Of a stretch of 64,000 nucleotides of DNA, positions 9,137 through 18,716 are shown piece after piece. How positions within the stretch are numbered: position 1 is the stretch's first letter; every line of letters starts with the position of its first letter. This stretch comes from Thalassobaculaceae bacterium (GTDB lineage: Bacteria > Pseudomonadota > Alphaproteobacteria > Thalassobaculales > Thalassobaculaceae), in assembly GCA_965228875.1 (NCBI GenBank), contig OZ245843.1, forward strand, positions 124,001 through 188,000, in the 5' to 3' direction. The notes below the pieces were generated by a model. The model saw only the letters and a list, made by a program, of their open reading frames with translations. It did not search any database and was not told the DNA's origin. Position numbers and translations under genes: made by a program.

Positions 9137-10042
9137 TCACGGGGTGGGCCGGCGGAACCTTTCCGCCTGCATCAGCAGAATGCCGGCGATCACCACGCCG
9201 GCACCCAGCATCTGCCAGGGACCGAGCACCTGTCCGAGCAGCACCCAGGCGGTCAGCAGGCTGACCACCGGCTCCATGTTCACCACGACCGCCACCCGAA
9301 CGGAGCCCAGCCGGGCGATCGCGCCGTAGAGCGAGGACAGGCCCACGACGTAGCACAGCACATTGACCGCGTATCCGATCCAGGCCGATTTGCCGGTCGG
9401 CAGGGCCAGCCCCTCGGCCAGCGTGGCGGCGGCGAATGCCGCCATGCAGCCGGTGGTGACGATCGCGGTCAGGTGCATCGGCCGGATCGACCCGGAGAGA
9501 TGGCGGGTCAGGAGGAAGGAGATCGCCACGCAGGTTCCGGCGCCGAACGCCATGGCGATGCCCAGCGGGTCCGCCTCCTGCAGGTCGGCGCCGAGCACCA
9601 GGGTCAGTCCGGCAAAGCCCAGCGTCAGGGCGACCAGCCGCAGCGCGGTCAACCGCTCGTGCCCGGCGAAATGCGACAGGGGCCCCACCATCAGGGGAAA
9701 AACGAAGAACGTGAGGCTGGCCAGCGGCACGTCGATATACCGCACGCTCGTCATGTAGCCGAACGACGCCAGCGCGGTTGTGGCGATCAGGCCGGCCAGC
9801 ACCGGTCGGGCCCGTGCCGGCACCGGGTCCGCCAACCCGCGGGCGAGCACGATGGTCCACAGAACCGCCGCGGCGAGCACGAAGCGGCCAAGCTGCAGGG
9901 TGACCGGTCCCGCTCCGCCGTCGAAGGCGAGCTTGGCGAAGCTCGGCGCGATGCCGAAGAACAGGGCCACCATGACGACAAGAACGTACCCGGTGGCGGC
10001 CTGATCGCCCGAGGCGGCGGGGGGCGTCGGTGATGTGCTCAT
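9137..10042 (-). CDS. DMT/EamA family transporter
   Basis: About 10 TM segments; LASLTFFVFPLMV...GHERL and VAVVVNMEPVVS...LLGQVL repeats. The real start is MSTSPT; the ORF-track extension is a shadow. Confidence 0.88.
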   Translation of the reverse strand: MSTSPTPPAASGDQAATGYVLVVMVALFFGIAPSFAKLAFDGGAGPVTLQLGRFVLAAAVLWTIVLARGLADPVPARARPVLAGLIATTALASFGYMTSVRYIDVPLASLTFFVFPLMVGPLSHFAGHERLTALRLVALTLGFAGLTLVLGADLQEADPLGIAMAFGAGTCVAISFLLTRHLSGSIRPMHLTAIVTTGCMAAFAAATLAEGLALPTGKSAWIGYAVNVLCYVVGLSSLYGAIARLGSVRVAVVVNMEPVVSLLTAWVLLGQVLGPWQMLGAGVVIAGILLMQAERFRRPTP

Positions 10043-10129
10043 GGCTGGCTGATACGCCCGCCTCGCGCCGGGCGCAACCGACGTCATCGATGCGCTACAC
10101 TGTCCGCCAGTGATCGCGGCGAGGGGACG

Positions 10130-11095
10130 GTGATGGGAACGGTCATGAGAGCGGCGGCGTTGCTCGTCGCGCTGGCGGCCTCGGCGGGGGCGGCGGTCGC
10201 GGAGACGCCACGCTACATCGTCTACTACAACTCCGAGGCAACGCCGCTGGCCAGGGTCGCGGAGGCGGACTACACCCACGTCATGCTGTCCTTCCTCACG
10301 GTCGCCGAGGCAGGGGGATCGGCGCCGCTGTCGCTGACGGTCCCGCAGACGCTGACGCGCCAGTTGGCCGATGTCCCCGAACTGAAACGATCGGGCAAGG
10401 CGGTGATGGCGTCGTTCGGCGGCGGGGCGATGACGGAACGCGCGTGGGCGCGGGTCGCGGGGCGGGAGGCGGAACTGGCGAGGCTGCTTGCCGGAGTCGT
10501 GCGCGGGCACGGTCTCGACGGAATCGGCGTGGATTTCGAGATCTCCGAGGCGCTCTACCGCGAGACGGCGGGGCGCACCTTCGACGGTCGCGCCCTTCTG
10601 ATCGCCCTGACCCGAAGCCTGCGCGACGCGCTTCCGACGGGCAGCCTGATCAGCCATGCGCCACAGCCGCCCTACCTCGACCCCCGCTGGGAGGGCGGGC
10701 CCTATATCGACATCCTCCGCCAGGTGGGCGACGCCGTCGATTGGATCGCCGTGCAGTACTACAACAACCGAGGGTATGACGGGCCGGCCGACGTGCATGT
10801 GGTCGGCGCAAGTGACGATCCCTTCGTCACCTCGGTCGCCGGCCTGTCCGGCGGAGCGGGGGGACTGTCTTGGCCGACCGAGAAGACCGTGGTCGGGAAG
10901 CCGATCTACCGCGACGACGCGATCAGCGGGCACCTGCCGCCGGCGGAGGTGCGGCGGACCATCGTCGAGCCCCTGGTCGCACGATACGGCAGCCGGTTCG
11001 GCGGGCTGATGGGCTGGCAGTACTCGGACCTGACCGCCAATCACCGCTACTGGAACCGGCGCATGGCGCCCGGACTCCTGCGGTCCGGACGCTAG
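10130..11095 (+). CDS. Secreted glycoside hydrolase family 18 (chitinase-like) protein
   Basis: Signal peptide, YTHVMLSF, SFGG, LDGIGVDFE (DxxDxDxE-like), APQPPYL, AVQYYN, GGLMGW. Confidence 0.8.
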   Translation: MMGTVMRAAALLVALAASAGAAVAETPRYIVYYNSEATPLARVAEADYTHVMLSFLTVAEAGGSAPLSLTVPQTLTRQLADVPELKRSGKAVMASFGGGAMTERAWARVAGREAELARLLAGVVRGHGLDGIGVDFEISEALYRETAGRTFDGRALLIALTRSLRDALPTGSLISHAPQPPYLDPRWEGGPYIDILRQVGDAVDWIAVQYYNNRGYDGPADVHVVGASDDPFVTSVAGLSGGAGGLSWPTEKTVVGKPIYRDDAISGHLPPAEVRRTIVEPLVARYGSRFGGLMGWQYSDLTANHRYWNRRMAPGLLRSGR

Positions 11096-11204
11096 CGGGC
11101 GCGGCGCCGGGTCGGGCGCCCTTGACTGGACGGCCGGCAGCGCCGATGACATAGTCACGGCGCGATTCAGCCGCGCGGCTCACCAGCGTGTTCGAGGTCG
11201 GGGA

Positions 11205-11564
11205 ATGGACGTCGGTACCAAGCTTTTCACCTGGATGAACGGCAAGCTCGTCGGCGAGGACGCCTACGGCAACAAGTACTACGTTCATCGGCGCGGCGTG
11301 CTGCGCGACGGCCACCAGATGCGTTGGGTCATCTACAAAGGCCTGACGGAGGCCTCGAAGGTGCCGCCGGAGTGGCACCACTGGCTGCACCACGGAACGG
11401 ACGAGGTGCCGAGCGGCGAAGATCCGCGCCGGTTCTCCTGGCAGAAGGAGCACCAGCCGAATCTGACCGGAACGCCCTACGCCTATCGTCCGCCGGGTCA
11501 CGTGCTGGAAGGCGGCAAGCGCGATAAGGCGACAGGCGACTACGAACCGTGGACGCCGTCGTGA
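11205..11564 (+). CDS. NADH:ubiquinone oxidoreductase NDUFA12-like subunit
   Basis: LVGEDAYGNKYY...RWVIY..EASKVPPEWHHWLH...WQKEHQPNLTGT. Confidence 0.93.
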   Translation: MDVGTKLFTWMNGKLVGEDAYGNKYYVHRRGVLRDGHQMRWVIYKGLTEASKVPPEWHHWLHHGTDEVPSGEDPRRFSWQKEHQPNLTGTPYAYRPPGHVLEGGKRDKATGDYEPWTPS

Positions 11565-11586
11565 TTCGGAGCATTTGGGGGCGGTC

Positions 11587-12051
11587 GTGAACCGGGGCAT
11601 TCTCGAAACACTGATGGGGGCGCTGGTGCTGGTCGTGGCCGGCGCGTTCTTTGTCTACGCGTACTCCGCTTCCGAGATCGGCAAGGGGGGTGGCTACGAG
11701 GTGACGGCCCGCTTCACCACCGTCGGCGCGCTCAAGGTCGGCAGCGACGTGCGGATGTCGGGGATCAAGATCGGCACCGTCGCGCGCCAGGAACTCGACC
11801 CGACGACCTATCTCGCGGAAGTCACGCTGAGCATCGACGACTCGATCGTCCTGCCGGTCGACACCAGTGCCGCGATCGCGAACGAGGGGCTTCTCGGCGG
11901 GAACTTCGTCGACCTCGTTCCCGGTGCGGAGGACCAGACCCTGAAACCGGGCGAGCGGATAGAGCTGACGCAGGACGCGGTCGATTTCGTCCAGCTCCTG
12001 GGCCGGTTCATGTTCCAGTCCGGCAGTGGCGCCGGCAGCGGTTCCAACTGA
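11587..12051 (+). CDS. mlaD: Outer membrane lipid asymmetry protein MlaD (MCE domain)
   Basis: N-terminal TM, LKVGSDVRMSGIKIGTV, EGLLGGNFVDLVPG. Confidence 0.9.
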   Translation: MNRGILETLMGALVLVVAGAFFVYAYSASEIGKGGGYEVTARFTTVGALKVGSDVRMSGIKIGTVARQELDPTTYLAEVTLSIDDSIVLPVDTSAAIANEGLLGGNFVDLVPGAEDQTLKPGERIELTQDAVDFVQLLGRFMFQSGSGAGSGSN

Positions 12052-12127
12052 TCCGGTGGGACGCCGTCTCGCGGTCACATTTCCCGCCTATTGCAGGCCC
12101 CGCTCGACCTCAGCCATGGGATCCGAG

Positions 12128-12571
12128 ATGGCCCGACCGATCCTGATTGCCGCCGCGATGACGGTTGCCGTCGCCGTTACGTTGTTCGCGTCGAAAACCG
12201 CGATCGCGCAGGTGCCGGCCGCCGAGGACTGGCGTATCCAGGAGATCGCCGTTCTCCAGGGCCTCGACAAGGTGACGGCGCGGATCTCCCGGTTCGAGGT
12301 TCCGGTCGGCGGGACCGCCCGGTTCGGCACGTTGAACGTGAGCGTCGACACCTGTCAGGATCTACCGCCGACCCTGCCGCCGGAGAGTGCCGCTTTCCTT
12401 CGGATCGAGGACCAGCCGCCGGACGAGCCGGGCCGGGCGATCTTCAGCGGCTGGATGTTCGCCTCAAGCCCCGGGCTGAACGCCGTCGAGCACCCGGTCT
12501 ACGACGTCTGGGTCGCCGCCTGCAGGAGCGCCTCGACCGAGGGCCAGTCGTCGGACGCGACGTCGAACTGA
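12128..12571 (+). CDS. DUF2155 family protein
   Basis: [10 protein letters not shown]...FGTL...[24 protein letters not shown]. Confidence 0.9.
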   Translation: MARPILIAAAMTVAVAVTLFASKTAIAQVPAAEDWRIQEIAVLQGLDKVTARISRFEVPVGGTARFGTLNVSVDTCQDLPPTLPPESAAFLRIEDQPPDEPGRAIFSGWMFASSPGLNAVEHPVYDVWVAACRSASTEGQSSDATSN

Positions 12572-13152
12572 ACCGGCGTGGCGATGGCGCGGCCGAGCAG
12601 TTCCCGGTAGTCGTCGCGTGGGATCTCGACAACGCCGAACCTGGCCAGATGGTCGGTGATGAACTGGGTGTCGAGCAGCAGGAAGCCGGCCGACTTGAGG
12701 GTCGCCACCAGGTGGACGAGCGCGACCTTCGAGGCGTCGGTCGCGCGGCTGAACATGCTCTCCCCGAAGAAGGCGCCGCCCAGCCGCACGCCGTAGAGCC
12801 CGCCGACCAGCCTGCCGTCGCGCCAGCACTCGACCGAATGGGCGTGCCCGCGGGCGTGCAGCGCCAGGTACAGGCGGCGGATCTCCGGGTTGATCCAGGT
12901 ATCCGGACGGCGCCCGGTCGCTTCGGCGCACCCGTCGATCGTGGCCTCGAAGTCGCGGTCCCAGGCCACGTCGAACACCCGCCTGCGCACGGTCTTGCGC
13001 AAGCTGCGGGAGATGTGGAAGCCGTTCAGCGGCAGGACGCCGCGTTTGTCGGGGTCGACGAAGAACAGACGCGGATCGTCCCGCCCTTCCGCCATCGGGA
13101 ACACGCCGATGGCATAGGCCTGCAGAAGCAGTTCGGGTTGCAGTTCCGACAT
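12499..13152 (-). CDS. aat: Leucyl/phenylalanyl-tRNA--protein transferase
   Basis: LLQAYAIGVFPMAE, TWIN, AHSVECW, LVGGLYGV, FFGESMFS, DASKVAL. Confidence 0.95.
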   Translation of the reverse strand: MSELQPELLLQAYAIGVFPMAEGRDDPRLFFVDPDKRGVLPLNGFHISRSLRKTVRRRVFDVAWDRDFEATIDGCAEATGRRPDTWINPEIRRLYLALHARGHAHSVECWRDGRLVGGLYGVRLGGAFFGESMFSRATDASKVALVHLVATLKSAGFLLLDTQFITDHLARFGVVEIPRDDYRELLGRAIATPVQFDVASDDWPSVEALLQAATQTS

Positions 13153-13220
13153 CCGGTTCATCCGGCTCGTCAACGACCGGCAAAGGGTACCACCCGCCGC
13201 GGTGGCGGCAATGGGGCGTG

Positions 13221-14561
13221 TCAGGACGTCAGGTATTCCGTCTCGAGCCAGCGGATGTGGTAGTCGCCGCTGCGGAAGGCCGGTGCCTTCATCAGGTCGT
13301 GGTGCAGGGGAATCGTCGTCGGAATGCCACCGATCACATACTCGCCCAGCGCTCTGTCGGCCCGCATCAGGCACTCTTCGCGGCTGGCGCCGTGGACCAC
13401 CAGTTTGGCCACCAGGCTGTCGTAGTGCGGCGGCACGCTGTAGCCGGCGTAGAGGGCGCTGTCGACGCGCACGCCGAGCCCGCCCGGCTGGTGATAGTCG
13501 TCGACCCGACCCGGTCGCGGCTGGAACGTCCGCGGATCCTCGGCCGTGATCCGGCACTCGATGGCGTGGCCGTTGAAACTCACGTCCTCCTGGGCGATGC
13601 CGAGTTCCCGGCCGGCGGCGATCTCGATCTGCAGGCGCACCAGGTCGATGCCGGTGATCGCCTCGGTGATCGGATGCTCGACCTGCAGACGGGTATTCAT
13701 CTCGATGAAGAAGAACTCGCCGTTCTCGTACAGGAACTCCAGCGTGCCGAGACTGCGGTAGCCCATCTCCCGGATCGCCTCGACCGCACGGGCGCCGATT
13801 GCCACGCGCTCTTCCAGCGTCAGGGCCGGCGAGGGCGCCTCCTCGATCACTTTCTGATGGCGGCGCTGGATCGAGCAGTCACGTTCGCCGAGATGGATGA
13901 CGTTGCCGTGGCTGTCGGCGGCGATCTGGATCTCGATGTGCCGCGGGCGGCCGAGATAGCGCTCCATGTAGACGGCGTCGTTGCCGAACGCCGCGGCACT
14001 CTCGCGCCGCGCCATGGTGTAGGCCTCGTCCAGGTTGTCGGCGGTCTCGGCCACCTTCATGCCGCGCCCGCCGCCGCCGGCGGCGGCCTTGATGAGGACC
14101 GGATACCCGATGCGCTCGGCCTCGGCGCGTGCCGCCTCGAGCCCCTCGACCGGGCCGGCGGAACCGGGCACGCACGGAATGCCGAGCTCGATCATCGTCC
14201 GCTTGGCGGTGATCTTGTCGCCCATCGCCTGGATATGGTCGGGGGCCGGGCCGATGAAGGTGATGCCGTGGGCCTCGACGATCTCGGCGAAGGCGGCGTT
14301 CTCCGAGAGGAAGCCGACGCCCGGATGGATGGCGTCGGCATGGGTCACGGCGGCAGCCGACAGGATGGCCGGGATGTTCAGGTAGCTGTCCCGCGCCGCC
14401 GGCGGACCAATGCAGACGCTCTCGTCGGCAAGCCGCACGTGCATCGCATCGGCGTCGGCCGTGGAATGGACCGCGACCGTCTTGATGCCCATCTCGCGAC
14501 AGGCGCGGTGGATGCGCAGGGCGACGTCACCGCGGTTGGCGATCAGAACCTTGTTGAACAC
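13221..14561 (-). CDS. accC: Acetyl-CoA carboxylase, biotin carboxylase subunit
   Basis: KVLIANRG, GGGGRGM, ERDCSIQRRHQK, FIEMNTRLQVEHP. Confidence 0.97.
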   Translation of the reverse strand: MFNKVLIANRGDVALRIHRACREMGIKTVAVHSTADADAMHVRLADESVCIGPPAARDSYLNIPAILSAAAVTHADAIHPGVGFLSENAAFAEIVEAHGITFIGPAPDHIQAMGDKITAKRTMIELGIPCVPGSAGPVEGLEAARAEAERIGYPVLIKAAAGGGGRGMKVAETADNLDEAYTMARRESAAAFGNDAVYMERYLGRPRHIEIQIAADSHGNVIHLGERDCSIQRRHQKVIEEAPSPALTLEERVAIGARAVEAIREMGYRSLGTLEFLYENGEFFFIEMNTRLQVEHPITEAITGIDLVRLQIEIAAGRELGIAQEDVSFNGHAIECRITAEDPRTFQPRPGRVDDYHQPGGLGVRVDSALYAGYSVPPHYDSLVAKLVVHGASREECLMRADRALGEYVIGGIPTTIPLHHDLMKAPAFRSGDYHIRWLETEYLTS

Positions 14562-14592
14562 GCCGGACCTCTCTTTGCTCGGATCGGGCCGG

Positions 14593-15027
14593 TTATTCCA
14601 GGACCAGCAGCGGCTGGCCGTACTCGACCGGCTGGCCGTTCTCCACGCGCACCGCCTTGACCGTGCCGTCGCGCGGCGCCGGGATCGGGTTCATGGTCTT
14701 CATCGCCTCGACGATCATGATCGTCTGCCCCTTGCGCACGCTGGAGCCGACCGGCGCGAAGGCGGCGGAACCGGGCTCCGGGGCGACATAGGCGGTGCCG
14801 ACCATCGGAGACGTCACCACCTCGCCATCCTCCTGCGGCGCCGCCGGGGCGGCTGCCGCCGGGGCTGCCGCCGGCGGCGGGGCCGGGGCGGCGATGGCGG
14901 CGGTCACCACGGGCTTGGCGATGCGGATGCGCAGGGTGTCCGTCGCATACTCGATCTCGCCGAGCCCGGTTTCTTCCAGCAGGCCCGCCAACTTGCGCAC
15001 CAGCTCTTCGTCCAGATCCTTGCTCAC
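14593..15027 (-). CDS. accB: Acetyl-CoA carboxylase biotin carboxyl carrier protein
   Basis: SPMVGT, EAMKTMN biotinylation motif, Ala/Pro linker. Confidence 0.96.
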   Translation of the reverse strand: MSKDLDEELVRKLAGLLEETGLGEIEYATDTLRIRIAKPVVTAAIAAPAPPPAAAPAAAAPAAPQEDGEVVTSPMVGTAYVAPEPGSAAFAPVGSSVRKGQTIMIVEAMKTMNPIPAPRDGTVKAVRVENGQPVEYGQPLLVLE

Positions 15028-15038
15028 GGCAGCATTCC

Positions 15039-15491
15039 TTATTCGTCGGCCCCGACCAGGTCCGCCATGGCCTCGAGCGCGAGCACATAGCCCCGCGCGC
15101 CGAAGCCGGCGATGATCCCGTCCACCACGCCGGACAGATAGGAGTGGTGGCGGAACTCTTCCCGCCGGTAGGTGTTTGACAGATGCAGTTCGATCGCCGG
15201 CAGCTCCGCCACCGACAGGGCGTCGCGGATGGCGACGGAGGTGTGGGTATAGGCGCCGGCGTTCAGGATGATTCCGTCATGGCTGTCTCGGGCCTGCTGG
15301 ATGATGGTCACCAGCTCGCCCTCGAAGTTGGACTGACGGAAATCGACGCCGAGGCCCAGGGCCTCGCCGCGTTCCTGGCACATCGCCTCGATATCGGCCA
15401 GCGAGTCGCGGCCGTAGATCGTCGGCTCGCGAACCCCGAGCATGTTCAGGTTCGGTCCGTTCAGGACCAGGATGTCAGGCTGATCGGCCAC
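15039..15491 (-). CDS. aroQ: Type II 3-dehydroquinate dehydratase
   Basis: [40 protein letters not shown]. Confidence 0.96.
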   Translation of the reverse strand: MADQPDILVLNGPNLNMLGVREPTIYGRDSLADIEAMCQERGEALGLGVDFRQSNFEGELVTIIQQARDSHDGIILNAGAYTHTSVAIRDALSVAELPAIELHLSNTYRREEFRHHSYLSGVVDGIIAGFGARGYVLALEAMADLVGADE

Positions 15492-15589
15492 CGAATTCGC
15501 CCCTCTTTATCGCGGGCTCGGGTTATACCATGGCGCATTCCGTGCGCAACGATACCGCAACACCCCCCGCTGGACCCCCGCTGACCGCC

Positions 15590-16846
15590 ATGTCCGACCT
15601 CACCCTCGACGCCGTCCGCGCCCTCGACTCCGATGACCCGCTGCGCGGGTTCCGCGACCGTTTCGTGTTGCCGGAGGGAGTGGTCTATCTCGATGGAAAC
15701 TCGCTCGGCGCCATGCCGAAGACGGTGCCGGAGCGGGTGGCCGGCATGCTTCACGAGGAGTGGGGGCGCCATCTGATCGGCGGCTGGCTGCAGGACGGCT
15801 GGATGGACAAGCCCCTGGCGCTGGGGGATCGCCTGGCGCCGCTGATCGGCGCCGGCGCGGGCGAGGTGGCGGTGGTCGACACCACCTCCGTCAACCTGTT
15901 CAAGCTGCTCTCCGCGGCACTGGCGATGCGTCCGGACCGACCGGTGATCCTCTCCAACGCCGAGAACTTTCCGACCGACCTGTATATGGCCCAGGGTTTG
16001 ATCGCCCAGCTCGGCGGGCGCCACGAACTGCGCCTCGTGGCCGAGGACGAGGTCGCGGCGGCGATCGACGAGACGGTCGCGGTGGTGATGCTGACCGAGA
16101 CCAATTTCAAGACCGGGGCCGTCTTCGACATGGCCGCGATCACCCGGGCCGCCCACGACGCCGGCGCGCTCACGCTCTGGGATCTCGCGCACTCCGCCGG
16201 CGCCTTTCCCGTCGACCTGAACGGTGCCGCGGCGGACTTCGCCGTCGGCTGTTCCTACAAGTACCTGAACGCCGGACCCGGCGGCCCGGCCTGGCTGTTC
16301 GTCGCCGCCCGCCACCAGGCGGAGGCCCGCCAGCCGCTCACCGGCTGGCTCGGTCACGACCGCCCGTTCGATTTCGATCTCGCCTACCGCCCGGCCGAGG
16401 GAATCCGCCGTCACGTCTGCTCGTCGCCGGGCGTCCTCGGGCTGGTGGCGTTCGAGGCGGCGCTGGACCTGATGCTGGAGGCCGACATGGCGGCGATCCG
16501 CGCGAAGTCGGTGGCGCTGTGCGACCTGTTCATCCGTCTGGTCGAGCAGGAATGCGGCGATGCCGGCTTCCGGCTGATCTCGCCGCGGGAGGCCGGGCTG
16601 ACCGCCCCCTGGATCCGCGGCAGCCAGGTCTCCTTCGCCCACCCCGACGGCTACGGCATCGTCCAGGCGCTGATCGCGCGCGGGGTGGTCGGCGACTTCC
16701 GCGATCCGGACGTCATGCGCTTCGGCTTCGCGCCGCTCTACCAGCGTTACGAGGATGTCTGGGACGCGGTGGCCGCGCTACGGACCGTCATCGAGGGCGG
16801 AGAGCATCTCAGCGAGGCGTACCGCCAGCGGGCGAGCGTGACCTGA
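15590..16846 (+). CDS. kynU: Kynureninase
   Basis: YLDGNSLG, DTTSVNLFK, WDLAHSAGA, GCSYKYLNAGPG, RGSQVS. Confidence 0.95.
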   Translation: MSDLTLDAVRALDSDDPLRGFRDRFVLPEGVVYLDGNSLGAMPKTVPERVAGMLHEEWGRHLIGGWLQDGWMDKPLALGDRLAPLIGAGAGEVAVVDTTSVNLFKLLSAALAMRPDRPVILSNAENFPTDLYMAQGLIAQLGGRHELRLVAEDEVAAAIDETVAVVMLTETNFKTGAVFDMAAITRAAHDAGALTLWDLAHSAGAFPVDLNGAAADFAVGCSYKYLNAGPGGPAWLFVAARHQAEARQPLTGWLGHDRPFDFDLAYRPAEGIRRHVCSSPGVLGLVAFEAALDLMLEADMAAIRAKSVALCDLFIRLVEQECGDAGFRLISPREAGLTAPWIRGSQVSFAHPDGYGIVQALIARGVVGDFRDPDVMRFGFAPLYQRYEDVWDAVAALRTVIEGGEHLSEAYRQRASVT

Positions 16847-16850
16847 AGCC

Positions 16851-16888
16851 GGACCTTCTCCCCGCCCTGGCCCGGGGGGAGAAGGTCC
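16851..16888. terminator. Hairpin between convergent kynU and the CitE-like gene
   Basis: ggaccttctcccc ... ggggagaaggtcc, a 13-bp inverted repeat. Confidence 0.7.
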
Positions 16889-16897
16889 CGCTGTTCT

Positions 16898-17746
16898 CTA
16901 TCCGGCGGCGCCCGCCCGGGCCAGAACGCGGTACATGCTGCGCAGGACCGGCTTCTCGATCAGCTTGCCGTCGATCACCACCAGGCCGCTGTCGCCCTGT
17001 TCGAACGCTTCGACGATGCGCTTGGCATGGGCGATCTCGGCCTCGCTGGGGCTGAAGATCTCGTTCAGCACCGGGACCTGTTTGGGATGGATGGAGCCCT
17101 TGCCGCAGAACCCGAGTGCCCGTGCCGCCTCGGCCTCGCGCTTCATGCCCTCCATGTCGTTCAGGTCGAGGAACGGCACGTCGATCACATCGACTCCGGC
17201 CCCGGCGGCCGCGTGGACGACGCGCGAGCGGGCGTAGAGCAGCGCCTCCCAGGTGTATTCGCAGCGCAGGTCGGCCGCCATGTCGACGCCGCCGAAGAAG
17301 ATGGCGTCGATCCGGGTCGAGCAGCGGGCGATCTCCCAGGCGACCTCCAGCGCCTCGTTGGTCTCGATGATGACCTGCAGGCGCGAGGCGATCTTGAATT
17401 CGTCGAACAGCTCGTCCAGTGCGATCACCTCGGCCGGCGATTTCACCTTGGCCAGCATCAGCGACGGCGGCGCCTTGGCCGAGTCGAGGATCGCCTGCAC
17501 GTCCTTCATGCCGTCCGGCGTGCGCGGCGGGTTGATGCGCACCATGCACTCGACCCTGTCGTCGAGCTCGGCGGTGGCGAACCAGTCGACGGTGGCGGCG
17601 CGGGCCTGTTCCTTGTGCTGCGGCGCGATCGCGTCCTCAAGGTCGATGCACATGATGTCGGCGCCGGTCGCCATCGCCTTGGGGAACATGTCGGGCTTGT
17701 TGCCGGGCGCGAAGATGAAGCTGCGGCGCGGTCGGATCGTGGTCAT
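16898..17746 (-). CDS. CitE/HpcH family CoA-ester lyase
   Basis: RRSFIFAPGN, IDLEDAI, VRIN, IIETN, FFGGVDM, GFCGKGSIHPKQV, DGKLIE. Confidence 0.9.
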   Translation of the reverse strand: MTTIRPRRSFIFAPGNKPDMFPKAMATGADIMCIDLEDAIAPQHKEQARAATVDWFATAELDDRVECMVRINPPRTPDGMKDVQAILDSAKAPPSLMLAKVKSPAEVIALDELFDEFKIASRLQVIIETNEALEVAWEIARCSTRIDAIFFGGVDMAADLRCEYTWEALLYARSRVVHAAAGAGVDVIDVPFLDLNDMEGMKREAEAARALGFCGKGSIHPKQVPVLNEIFSPSEAEIAHAKRIVEAFEQGDSGLVVIDGKLIEKPVLRSMYRVLARAGAAG

Positions 17747-18639
17747 GGGGCGGTCTCCGGAAGGGGGCGGACGGCGAGGCTACGCCGGGCGAGCGCGAAA
17801 TTCATCACCAGGGCGAGGATGACGATCGCGCCGCCGGCAAGGGCGTTGGCGCCCGGCTCCTCGCCCATTGCCATCCAGACCCAGAGCGGACCGAGGACCG
17901 TCTCCAGCAGCACGACGAGGCCGACTTCGGCGGCCGGGATGTACAGCGGCGCGGCGGTCAGCAGGCCGAAGGACACCGGCAGGACGACGATCGCCAGGAG
18001 CGCCATCCAGCCGAGCTGGATCGGCTCCAGCGCGAGGCTGTCGGCGGCGATCAGCGCGACCGCGGCGGTGATCAGGCCGGAGAGTCCGACCGCCGGGGTC
18101 ATGTCGACGGGACGCGCCGCGCGGACCAGGACGAAATGGCCGCCGAGCGCGATCGCCGCGGCCAGCGCGACCAGGTCGCCGTACCAGGTGCCGACCGACA
18201 GTCCGTCGGCGACGATGAGCGCGATTCCGGCCATGGCGACGGCGATCGCAAGCCAGGTCCGCAGCGCCGGGCGTTCGCCCAGAGCGATCCAGCCGATCGC
18301 CGCCGCGAACAGCGGTGCGGCCGCCATGATGACCAGGGTGTTGGCGACGGTAGTCTCGCTGACGGCAACCACGAAGAGGATCGTGTTGAACGCGAACAGG
18401 GTCGAAACCAGGGCCCCGTGCGTGCCGATCGCGGCGACGGCGGCGAGGCTACTCCTCCCGTACCAGAGGGCCAGCAGCACGACATAGCCGAGCGACATGA
18501 GCAGGCCGCGCCAGAACAGAATCGTCCAGGCGTCGGCTCCGACGAGACGCATGAGGAGCGTGTCCGGCGTCAGAACCAGCACGCCGAGCACGGCCAGGGT
18601 CAGGCCCTTGGCCTGGTCGGTTGTCGAATCGGATTGCAT
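17743..18639 (-). CDS. DMT/EamA family transporter
   Basis: 10 TM segments; AAPLFAA..LGERP, IPAAEVGLVVLLETVLGPLWVW..GEEP. Confidence 0.9.
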   Translation of the reverse strand: MQSDSTTDQAKGLTLAVLGVLVLTPDTLLMRLVGADAWTILFWRGLLMSLGYVVLLALWYGRSSLAAVAAIGTHGALVSTLFAFNTILFVVAVSETTVANTLVIMAAAPLFAAAIGWIALGERPALRTWLAIAVAMAGIALIVADGLSVGTWYGDLVALAAAIALGGHFVLVRAARPVDMTPAVGLSGLITAAVALIAADSLALEPIQLGWMALLAIVVLPVSFGLLTAAPLYIPAAEVGLVVLLETVLGPLWVWMAMGEEPGANALAGGAIVILALVMNFALARRSLAVRPLPETAP

Positions 18640-18716
18640 CGAGTGTCGGTTTCCGGTCGGTCGGGGGGCGGGTTTATGGTAACCGTTCGTTCAGGATTCA
18701 GGCCTATCGTGCCGCC

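Noticed and set aside
9137..11158. Apparent 673-aa EamA protein
   Set aside because: The extension is the antisense shadow of the GH18 gene.
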